Of a stretch of 64,000 nt of DNA, positions 53,751 to 64,000 are shown piece after piece; positions within the stretch are counted from its first letter, which is position 1; each line of letters opens with the position of its first letter. The notes under the pieces are model-generated. The model did not search any database. It was not told where the DNA came from and was given only the letters and a program-made list of their open reading frames with translations. The position numbers were made by a program, and so were the translations under genes. Source of the DNA: Octopus sinensis (taxonomy: Eukaryota); contig NC_042999.1 of NCBI RefSeq assembly GCF_006345805.1, forward strand, positions 143,406,001 to 143,470,000, read 5' to 3'.

Positions 53751-54469
53751 TGAGTGAGTGTGTGTGTGAGTGTAAAAAATGCAAAAAAGTGAAGAAGGAT
53801 GTCCGAAAATTTAAGTGGATTACCAGCAGCTTAAATTAACTACTAAATGAAGATTGCAAATAACTAGGGATGAATAAGCAACACAAAAAATGAAAGAGGC
53901 AATAAAACTAAGAGACAATGGTTTATAGATACTTTAGAAAAAAGTTTCTGAAGACAGAAATAAACGTCTCGAAGACGTAATAGGTATTAGAATATCAGAA
54001 GTACCAAAAATAAGCTATAACTTTAATGAAAAGTGAGAGATGTTATAAGATTAAACAGCAAAGATAAGAAGTTGAGCGTATTTAGAATGCACCAATCAAA
54101 TGTAGGCATTGGCTAGCTATATTTATCGTAGAGGAAACCATAATTAGGAAACTGATATGACGATTGTAAGATTAGATAAATATTTAGCAGAAAATAGTAA
54201 GACGTTAATAAGTGAAAAGATGTATGAGTTACATAAGAAATAATTCGTTTTAAAAATAAAATCGTCGTTAGGCACATAACATATCCGTAAAACATCGGGT
54301 GATATATTGTAGTGTTAATCCGCCATCTTGTTTACCGCCACCATGTTGCTCTTGGATGCACAAAACGAGTATTTGGACCAGATCTTCGGTATGAGGAGAA
54401 TTGCACTGCTTCCTTCTGCGTCGTGGTTTATTCCCCTTTTCCTCACCAGTTTCTAATATCTCGTAAAGT

Positions 54470-54542
54470 TCATGACCCTATCCTCTCTCCTCTGACTAGC
54501 TCATAAAGATAAGTCATATCATAAGGAATATCTTTAAAAAGA
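54470..54542 (-). CDS. Putative terminal coding exon of an unidentified host gene (LFKDIPYDMTYLYELVRGERIGS*)
   Basis: Acceptor tatatttttttag, phase matches the upstream exon, TGA at 54470-54472, AATAAA on the minus strand at 54427-54432. Confidence 0.5.
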
Positions 54543-54669
54543 CTAAAAAAAATATATCAGCTTCTCTCTACAAACTAGAAACATTCGTAGATGAGGTTAA
54601 AGCAATACAGTGTAAAACAACACATTCCAACGGTACAAGAACAATGACAAGAACAACAACACGAGCAGT

Positions 54670-54890
54670 AATAATAATCCTTTCTACTACAGGCACAAAG
54701 CCTGAAATTTAGGTGGTGGCTGGCTAAGCGATTACACCGACCCCAGTACTTAACTGGTACTTATTTTATCAATGCCGAAAGGAGAAAAGGCTAAGTCGAC
54801 TTTGGCTTGATTTGAACTCAGAACGTAAAGATGGACGAAATACTGCCAAGCATTTTTCCCGGCGTGTTAACGATTCTCACCTCACCGCCT
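54670..54890 (-). mobile_element. SINE family A (intronic if the gene model holds)
   Basis: Full-length reverse match to family A. Confidence 0.8.
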
Positions 54891-54898
54891 TAACAATT

Positions 54899-54981
<83 letters not shown>

Positions 54982-55009
54982 AAGAAGAATATTAAAAATA
55001 TAAACTTAC

Positions 55010-55150
55010 AGAGTAAAGAGATCCTTGAGGGTATCCTTGTCTTCAATGTTTGGAAAGTCAAAGACACGTAAGCGATCTGGTAAATCCATAGTAACTGTTG
55101 TGGGGAACACTTTCATAGTTTTATGCCTCTCTAAGTCTGATGGTATCCTC
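55010..55150 (-). CDS. Internal coding exon of an unidentified host gene (RIPSDLERHK...DTLKDLFT)
   Basis: Acceptor tttctatttcag and donor gtaagt; 141 nt, symmetric phase 2-2; only one frame is open; non-repetitive and not TE-like. Confidence 0.72.
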
Positions 55151-55491
55151 CTGAAATAGAAACGAAGATGGTGTGACAGGAAATACAAATCTCCGCGCGC
55201 GCGTGTTAGTTGTCAACAGCAAGAACTGGCCAACGGCCAGTCCTATCAAATCTTCTCTCTATGTGCCGTATACTGTTAACGAGATATTAGTTTTCCGTCA
55301 AACATTCTACCAGTAACAAATATTTCTTATATCAGTTGTTAATATTGATTTCTCTCTCAGGCACAATGCTGTATCGAATAATTCTACATCAGTGAATTAT
55401 TGGTAGTTATGAGCCTCGGAAATACTAAGAGTAGAAACTGTCTTTGAAAGTCCGGTGCTCTGTAGTTTCATTCTATTGTCTTCTCTCTTAT

Positions 55492-55681
55492 GGGGCAGCG
55501 TACTGGCAGAATCGCTACCGTGCCGGTCAAAATGCTTAGTGGCAATTCGTCCGTCTTTACATTCTGAATTCCAGTATCACCAGGGTCAACTTAGAAGAAG
55601 AAGAAGAAGAAGAAGAAGAAGAAGAAGAAGAAGAAGAAGAAGAAGAAGAAGAAGAAGAAGAAGAAGAAGAAGAAGAAGAAG

Positions 55682-55710
<29 letters not shown>
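55492..55710 (+). mobile_element. SINE family A 5' part followed by about 118 bp of (GAA)n
   Basis: ggcagcgtactggcagaatcg...aaatgcttagtgg...gggtcaactt then pure GAA repeat. Confidence 0.7.
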
Positions 55711-55712
<2 letters not shown>

Positions 55713-55984
55713 GTTACGATGGGCTGATGAGTTCAAAAGGGAAAGAGAATAGTGCTATTCACGACTACTAGTGACTTTAAGAACTTTATATCATGCATAT
55801 GAATAAAAGAAATATATGGAAATATTTGTATGCTCTTCACTGTTTAATGTATCGACAACGAAACTAATTCATAAACCACAAACCAACAAGAGAATCTCTA
55901 CATGGTTGCTCAACCTGTTATTGATAGCATGCAAATGTCTCTCAAAACTACATACCACCGTCTTAAAAACGAAGGACGCATTAC

Positions 55985-56078
55985 ATTAACGTATTTTTGT
56001 ATACATTGTCGTGGAATAAAAGATTGAATGGGAACACTGGAACATCTTTGATTATACGTTTGCTTAGTCTACGTGGAC
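55985..56078 (-). CDS. Upstream coding exon of the same gene (PRRLSKRIIKDVPVFPFNLLFHDNVYKNTL)
   Basis: Acceptor ttttgtttaaccccag (alternative acceptor at 56171, frame also open), donor gtaatg; phase joins the 55010-55150 exon in frame. Confidence 0.5.
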
Positions 56079-56280
56079 CTGGGGTTAAACAAAACTTATA
56101 ACTCATGGCCACTAAAAGCTTCAGTTTTCCAGTCCCTCGAGTCAATCTCTTTATTGTTATGAGCAATGGGGCTGTATAATTGTGTACTGAATGTAATAAA
56201 CACAGATATATGTAAAATTTTGAGGCGTGGGAACCTCCTCAATATCGCCGGTCCTGCAAACAATAGCAGCGAATTCTCCC

Positions 56281-56327
<47 letters not shown>

Positions 56328-56398
56328 CTATATATATATATTATATATATGCATATGTATACAACACACACACACACACAACACACACACCCACACAC

Positions 56399-56431
<33 letters not shown>

Positions 56432-57129
56432 GGTGTGGTAATTAAGATTCAGTTGAATTAGGTACTTAAATTGAGGCACCTTGCCAGTTCGGTATAGTCC
56501 GCACAGCTCCAAGTTAGGCGAACAGAATATAAATAAGTAACAAGGATGTATAGGCGTCAATACATTACGGTCGTTTCAAGCGGCTCCATTTAATTGATCA
56601 ATGAAAACATTACATCAATTTGAAAGAAACCGCTCTCTTCAGACGCAGATGGCCATATATATTTCAAACACAAAGGATAAATCCTTTTTAATAAATTTAC
56701 ATCAGTAATAGAAACCAAAATAATTACATTGATATCTTGTGTTATATCTGTGCCAGAATGATTTTAGAAAATAAAGCATATCTTACTAAGCCGACTATAA
56801 TTTAGGGAGTAGCAGAGGAAAATACTGGAGGTCAAGATATAGCACTGGTATCGTAGTTATTTATATTTAGATGATTTTACGCCGCATACAGTCTTCAACC
56901 ATTTAGAATTAAATCCATTTGGAGTTGTCAACTGTATCCTATCTAGCTGATGGTGATAAATCAATTAATGTCAGACAATCTCCCAGAAACTCATTGTACC
57001 GGAACCATATATCTAGCTTTATCTACATAAAAGGATATGTCGCAGAGCTGCTATTAAGAGAATGACTGATGGGGAAGAGGTGGTAATTAAAAGAAGAAAG
57101 GATAGGAGTGGCCAATATATGTATATATA

Positions 57130-57160
<31 letters not shown>

Positions 57161-57718
57161 ATATAGTAATGTTTATATGCCAACAGAATATGGCAGTCCT
57201 ATAAAGGACGATGTTATTGTTGTTTTAGCTCCAGGAAAACATCTTTTCTAACTGGCTATCGACACACTGTTTGTGTCCTTATAGTATTTGCAAAGGAAGT
57301 CATCGTTCCCATCTCTAGCCTTACGTGATACTCACAGATCTAGGTTTCTGGATGTTATCCGTCCTCAGTGTGAGACAACCACAAGCTAGTGATGAAAGCT
57401 CTCTCTTCAGTTGCAAATATTATATAAGTTTTAAGCGACACACAGTCGCTGATCTCGTATAGAGAAAAACAATTTGAGCGGGAGATATACAGTAACAGTA
57501 CCGGATAGTAATGTTTATATACCGACCGAATGTGGCAGTATATATATATTTATATAAAACCCAATTGTTGTATTTAATTTGTGTATCTCTGTATGTATGT
57601 GTAATAAGGGTGGCTTGTTCGTAATTTTACAGCCAAAAGACAGTTTTAACACTTATTTCTAGTAATACTGGCACTGATTAGTGCCCTCAGTTACCTTAGT
57701 GACGTACATATATATATA

Positions 57719-57749
<31 letters not shown>

Positions 57750-58657
57750 ACATGGATATATATGTACATATGAGAATATGCACATATATATATATATATA
57801 GACTTAGTTACACATACACATGCATACTTACGTAACAATAAAGCTACAATATTCTTGGAAAAGGAAGTGCAACTTGAAGCTTGCTCACCAAAGCATATCG
57901 TTGATTAAATGAATGGTCTTAGATGATATAAGGAAAGATTGGAACAAAATATGGCTGGACCAATTTAGAAAGTAAACCTGCTTCCAGTTTTAATGTACTT
58001 GACGTGTAATAAACCAGAATAAACTTACATGATAAAAAAATGATAAAAATCGCTGACTCTTCTGCATAAAAGTAAGCCCAATTAATTCATTTGCTAATTC
58101 CTTCATTTGTAAGTTAGCCTATTTTGTTCATAAGAGATATTGTCATCTTTGCTGTTGTCTTCGCGGTTGGACACACACCAATCGCTTCTTATAGTAGTTT
58201 AGACATATTGTGACCTACTTCCTTTATGAACAAAAATATTTTGATGATTTGTTTATGTTAATTAGTTACAGTCTTTTAAAGAATATTTTTTGCCGATCTC
58301 ATTTCATACAGAAGCATCCATCCATTCATCCATCCATCCATCCATCCACCTATCCATCCATCCATCAATCCAACCATCCATCCATCCATCAATCCAACCA
58401 ACCATCCATTCATCCATCCACTTAGTGATCCATTCATATCTATCCGTGAAGTTACACCCCCCTATATAAATAAATAAATATTATATATATATATATATAT
58501 ATACGTACATATAAACTGACATATACACGTGTGCGTAATTTATGATTTATAATTCAGCGGAACATAATAATTACTCCAGTACATTGTATCGAGTCCTCCA
58601 CTAATTTCTGGTCTATTACGTTCTCAACAAATAGTAATAATCTCTCTCTTTCCCTTT

Positions 58658-58705
<48 letters not shown>

Positions 58706-58876
58706 TCTCCGTCTCTCTCACTCTCTCTCTCCCTCTCTCATACACACACTATGTGTTTGCATGTGTGTCTGTGTACAGAAATACATATTTACAACAATTA
58801 ATGGTGCTGCACTAAACAGCAAGAGTTAAACGGAAGTTGTGTATTTTTATATTGAATACGTTCGCGTACCTTCAAA

Positions 58877-59015
58877 GTAGAAAGAATTTCGTGGCAGTAA
58901 CTGTCTTGGGGGAGAGATTCTCCTTATGAACTGTCATTCACACACACACACACACACAAATTCTACAAGGAGAATTTCTCCTCCGAAACAGTTACCGGAA
59001 CAAATGAATTTCTAC
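58877..59015. repeat. Diverged foldback with a (CA)n spacer
   Basis: gtaactgtcttgggggagagattctcctt versus aaggagaatttctcctccgaaacagttac. Confidence 0.7.
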
Positions 59016-59135
59016 GTTTGAGTGTGTGTGCGCGCGTGCGTGCGTGTATGTGTATGTGCAACCTAACTTTATGGACACCCTGTATGTATGTATATGTATA
59101 TGTAATGTATATATATATATATATATCTATATATA

Positions 59136-59185
<50 letters not shown>

Positions 59186-59186
59186 T

Positions 59187-59270
59187 ATGACAGGTTTCTT
59201 TTAGTTTCCGTGTACCAATCCACTCCCAAAGTTATAGTAGAAGACTCTTGCTCAAAGTGCCATGCAGTGT
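59187..59270 (-). mobile_element. SINE family B, central fragment
   Basis: tttagtttccgtgtaccaatccactc...tatagtagaagactcttgctcaaagtgccatgcagtg; family link is from memory. Confidence 0.55.
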
Positions 59271-59330
59271 GTATAATAATCACGTGTAGAAGTCAACGTT
59301 AAATTTTAGTTCAATAAAATGCATTAATGT

Positions 59331-59388
59331 GACGCGCAGAGAAATCGAAAGGAAATTCTGTAACGTTTCGGTTGTGGCACTTCATCAG
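59331..59388 (-). ncRNA. Hammerhead-like core in a third PLE-type terminus
   Basis: CTGATGA-AGTGCCACAACC-GAAACGTT...CGCGTC; helix II degenerate. Confidence 0.45.
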
Positions 59389-60303
59389 GAAGAAAATATA
59401 GGTGAAACCAAGATGTGATGGAAGAAAGAAAACGAAAATTAAACGTTAAAAATGTGACGTAGGGAGGAAAATCCACGTTACACCATATTGGAAATAGCCA
59501 GGAAAGAGGAAAAAAGAATTTCGAACACAATCGAGTAGGAGAGGACAGCAAGAATGCGCAATGAGTATACGTAAATATGTGCGTGTGTTTGTTGGTTATC
59601 TTGGACGTTGAGCGGATGCGTATGTGTATGTTTTGAATTGCATGTATGCGTATGTTTTTGGGCTTTATTGTTTATAAATGTGTGCATTTTCTGTACAAAG
59701 ACAAAAGTGCGGTGTGGTGTGGTATGTGAATCTATTGTGTATGGCTGTGGATGTGTGTGGGTGTACGTTTGGGTGTGTATGACTGTGTGCGTGTGCGCAC
59801 ACGTATTTTTCTATTGTATAGCTGTGCGAGTGTGTGCGTATGCGTGTATGTTGATTTCAATGACGTGTTGCGACAAAATGTGAGTATGCTTTTGCAGCCA
59901 AAGCGAATGTCTTCTGTGTATTTTTGTTCTATGTGTGTGCTGTGTAAATAGTTTACGTCAATATGTGTGTGTGTATGTGTTGTGTGTGCGTGTGTGTATG
60001 TGTTGTGTGTGTGTGTGTATATGTGTGCGTGTGTATGCATGTGTGTGTGTGTATGAGAGAGAGACAGAGAGAAATATTATAATGTGTGTATCTGTGGCTA
60101 TATTGTTTGTTATTCTCCGTCCATATATATGTATGTCATGTATATCTATGTTTGTATTATGTATATATATATATGCGTATGTGTGTGTTTGTTTTGGTGT
60201 GTGCGTGTGTACACATTTATGTTTGCATGAATCTGTGAATATGGTATCGTGCTGTGACTGAGAAGCAATATGGTGTGTGTATGTGTGTATCTATATCTAT
60301 ATC

Positions 60304-60460
<157 letters not shown>

Positions 60461-60461
60461 T

Positions 60462-60580
60462 GGAGGCGCAATGGCCCAGTGGTTCGGGCAGCGGACTTGC
60501 GGTCGGAGGATCGCGGTTTTGATTCCCAGATCGGGCGTTGTGTGTGTTTATTGAGCGAAAACACCTAAAAGCTCCACGAG
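60462..60580 (+). mobile_element. tRNA-derived SINE head (octopus OR1-like, tRNA-Arg origin from memory), 3'-truncated
   Basis: A-box TGGCCCAGTGG and B-box-like GGTTTTGATTCCC, followed by non-tRNA sequence. Confidence 0.7.
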
Positions 60581-61850
60581 CGTGTGTATATACATACACA
60601 CACAGATATATTGTGTTTGTGTGGGTTGTCTTGTTTAACTATGCGTGTGTATGTGTACCATTGCTTATATTCTATGAATTGTGTAAATATGTTAAGTTAA
60701 TGTGTGTATAACAGGTGATTAGAAATGGGATGATATGTGTATCTGTTTGTAGTGTTTGTTTTGTGCGTATACGGTACTGTGATTGATGTAAGAATGTGCT
60801 TGTATGTGAGTGTGTGTGTTGTAATCATGCATGTGTGTATGTATAGGTGTTTGTGGCTTTTATGAATGTTTAATGCATGTATGTGTTTGTTTTGTAATGT
60901 GTGTGCGTGTGTGTGTGTGTGTGGCATGTGTAAATGTGTGTACTACATTATTTTAAAATTTCTATGTAAGCTGCTCTGCGGTGAAAGAGCAGTGTGTTGT
61001 GTGTACATAGTGTTGTGTATGTATGAGTGCGTGTACGTGTTTGTATACGCTTTTCCTGTTATAAGCATTGAATTAAAGCGTGTATGTGCGTGCGTGTGTG
61101 TGTCTGCGTGTATTTGTTTCAGTGTTGTGTTCATCATGATGTATGTATGTATAAGGCCCTTTTTATGTGTTCACGCTTGTGAATTTTCGAGTTTGTGTAT
61201 AGAGTTCTATGACAGAGAAGCAGTGTATTGTGTATATTTATACATTGTGCGTGTGTGAGTACGTATGTGCGTATGTGTGGGTATGTGTCTATTGCTGTAT
61301 TATATAGGTGTGAGCCTGTGTGTATATGCATTCGTGTATGTGTACATGTTGAGGGTGATTAAGGAAGGGCTATAGAGTGTGTTCTGTGTATATATCTCAT
61401 GCTGTTGTGCGCGTGCATGTCTGTATGAGAGAAACGATTAGAGGAGCATTTTAAAGAAAAACAGGTCAGGAATTGGTACTGTAGCAAATGAAAATTTGGA
61501 GGGAGAATATGAATTTGTGTTGCTTACGAAAATAAGAGACTGTTGACCGAGTTCGTGACCGAGACAAGAGATCTTCAGAACAGAAGCGGCAAGAGACGAG
61601 AGACTCGCTTCAATGTCAAAAGTCTCAGAGACGTTTCACGAAGTAATTATTCAAGCATAGGCCAGCTTGTTTAATTTATACATACATACATACATATATA
61701 TATGTATATATATAGATACACACACACACACACACACACATATAATATATATATATAGTTAATCCAAACAAGAAAACACAGAAAAAAAGAGAAAAAAACA
61801 GAAAAAAAAAACACAGCAACGCGAGGACGTGGAACAATTAAAGTATTATT

Positions 61851-61907
61851 GACGCTCAGGAAAGAAGGGAAGGAGGGTTTAACGTTTCGAGCGGAGCTCT
61901 TCGTCGG
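61851..61907 (-). ncRNA. Hammerhead-like core (U4C variant) in a PLE terminus
   Basis: GTTT-CCGACGA-A-GAGC tcc GCTC-GAAACGTT-AAAC...AGCGTC. Confidence 0.5.
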
Positions 61908-62239
61908 AAACAAGGAGAAGGAAAGATCCCAAGAAGGGAAGACAGAGGAAAAAATATTTTTGCTGGTGGTGCTCAAGAGATCACATGTTGAAAGAACAGA
62001 AGTTGAGAGGTAGACGAATTATGATTTTTAAAAGCAAGAGAGTTTCAAAAAAAGGGAATGTGTGTGGGTGCGTGTGTGTGTGGGTGCAAGGGTAACAAGT
62101 GTGTTTGTGCGTGCGTGTGTGTGTGTGTATGTGTGGTGAATAATAAGCAATGGCAAGTTAGCTGTCATAAGGCACTCCTTGATGAAAAGCTAGCTTGTTT
62201 GTATCCAGCCAGGTCAAAAAAACAAAGGGGTGTATGTAT

Positions 62240-63140
62240 CATGTGTGTGTGTTGTATGTAGTGTGTGTGTGTGCATGTGTGTGTTCGTGTGTGTATGCGT
62301 AGAGTGTGGGTGTGTGGCGAGTAACTGCTTAACCTAGTGTATGTGTGCGTGTGTGCTTGTACGTGCGTGTGTGTGTGTAGGGATGTATGTGTGGGTTCAT
62401 TTGTGTGAGTGTGTATGTATGTACGTGTATGTGTGCGCGTGTATGTGTGCGTTTGTATGTGTATGTGTGCGTGCGCGGATAGGTGTATATTGTGTATGTA
62501 TGTGAGTTTGTGTGTGTTTGTACGTGTGTATGTGTGTCTGAGTGTATAGTATATATATGTAAATGTGTGTGTGCGTGTGTGTGTACGTGCGTGCGAGTGA
62601 ATGTATGTATATATGTGTGCGTGTGTGTACAATGTAGAGGCTTATATGTGTGTTTATATGTTTATATGTGTATGTATGTGTGTATGTGTGTATGTGTGTG
62701 TATGTGTATGTATGTATGTATATGTATACGTGTGTGTATGTATGTATGTGTGTATGTGTGTGTGTATGTATGCGTGTGTGTATGTATGTGTGTATGTGTG
62801 TGTATGTATGTATGTATGTATGTGTGTGTGTATGTATGTGTGTGTGTACGTATGTATGTACGTACGTGTGTATGTATGTGTGTGTGTATGTGTGTAAGTG
62901 TGTGTGTGTATGTATGTATGTATGTATGTATGTATGTACGTATGTGTGTATGTGTGTATTTTTGCATGCGTGTATGTGTGTATGTGCGTGTGTGTACATA
63001 TGTATGTATATGTATGTGTGTGTATGTATGTATGTATGTGTGTATGTATGTATGTATGTGTGCATGCGTGTATGTGTGTATGTGTGTGTGTGTATGTATG
63101 TATGTATATCGATGTGTGTGTATGTGTGTGTATGTATGTG
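62240..63140. repeat. Cryptic (TG)/(TATG) simple-sequence tract
   Basis: Directly visible; source of the HTHT/VCVC ORFs. Confidence 0.95.
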
Positions 63141-63239
63141 TGGTCATTTTGCCGGTTTAGCCAATAAAAACACACGCTCTATATATTTGGTGTTAATTTG
63201 CTTCAGCGTTATTTATTTTTTACATTAATCTCATTTCGG

Positions 63240-63279
63240 CCAGAGTTCTTTCGTCACACTTCTTTGACCTCATCAGTGG
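63240..63279 (-). ncRNA. Compact 40-nt minimal hammerhead-like motif
   Basis: CCA-CTGATGA-G-GTCA aagaagtg TGAC-GAAAG aa CTC-TGG. Confidence 0.55.
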
Positions 63280-63360
63280 TCCTTTGCTTTCTTCTTTCTT
63301 ATTTGTGTGTCTCTCCTTACTAACGGTCAGCCATTTTGTATTTTGTATTCCTATTGTATG

Positions 63361-64000
63361 TTAGTTAGTTAGTTAGTTAGTTAATTTTTGGGCTCAAAAA
63401 GCAAAAAAGCAAGGCCATGTAGGGGGTCGTGGAGTTATGTACAGGGTGGTGTTCATGTAAAGAGTTCAGGCCACTTGTGGTCAAGGGAGACTTTGAACCG
63501 AGCGGTCGTCGGCATCTTCACCATCTCGTCCGGCAGCTTATTCCACGGATCCGCAACCCGGACGGAGAAAGCCCCTCTCCTTCGATTGAGATGAAATCGT
63601 CGCAGATAGAGCTTTTTCGGAATGACCCCGCAGCCGACGCTCTGGAGCAGGAGTGAAGAACAGCTCGTTCGAGAGGTTACACTTTCCGCTTATGATGTTG
63701 TGAGCAAGAATGAGATCACCACGGCGTCGTCGTTTTTCTTGAGAATAAAGGTCGAGCGTCTTCAGCCTTAAGTCAAATTCTTGAGATCAAGAACCATGCG
63801 GGTAGCCAGCTTCTGGACTCTTTCGAGATGCTGTATGTCTTTGAGGAGATAAGGAGAAGAGGCTTGAATCCCGTACTCCAATATGGGTCTCACCAGCGTG
63901 ACATAGAGCGGTAGGAATATGGCTGCTGTGAGCATTCCGAATGACCGTCGAATCAAGAACAGAACTCCGCGTGCTTTGTTGGCAGCATGGACGCACTGAG
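63361..64000 (-). mobile_element. CR1-clade LINE 3' end with (TAAC)n tail (continues off the window)
   Basis: LYVTLVRPILEYG...LERVQKLATRMV; RRRRGDLILAH; RGHSEKL; FSVRVADPWNKLP; stop at 63453-63455. Confidence 0.92.

Noticed and set aside
57889-57954. Candidate 66-nt minus-strand exon (HILFQSFLISSKTIHLINDML, donor gtgagc)
   Set aside because: Its phase does not join the 56078 acceptor directly, and such short open frames arise by chance; worth rechecking with RNA-seq.
60462-60540. tRNA gene
   Set aside because: No intact acceptor stem or terminator, and it continues into SINE body sequence.

Overview
Repeat-dominated eukaryotic DNA, most likely an octopus/cephalopod genome. This is inferred from the very high AC/AT/ATAC/ATCT/AAT microsatellite density and from tRNA-derived SINEs I recognise as octopus-like. 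Almost all ORFs in the supplied track are microsatellite translations or decayed transposon pieces. Recognisable elements: Penelope-like elements (PLE; RT C-terminus plus Neptune-type Cys linker plus GIY-YIG), L1/Tx1, R4/Dong, CR1 and RTE LINE fragments, a Gypsy (Mag/K02A2.6-like) LTR-gag-protease remnant, Tc1 and mariner remnants, two Helitron-like elements, MITEs and several SINE families. The only credible host-gene signal is three in-phase minus-strand exons at 54.5-56.1 kb encoding about 100 C-terminal residues of a protein I cannot name. Most interesting: (1) ten hammerhead-ribozyme-like cores in PLE-type termini, in several architectures, including an inverted pair and a core-variant subfamily; (2) a near-identical 1.83-kb tandem duplication of a hammerhead-bearing PLE derivative between (TCTA)n arrays; (3) recurrent foldback/palindromic structures centred on microsatellites. 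All folds and alignments were done by eye, and most element boundaries are approximate.
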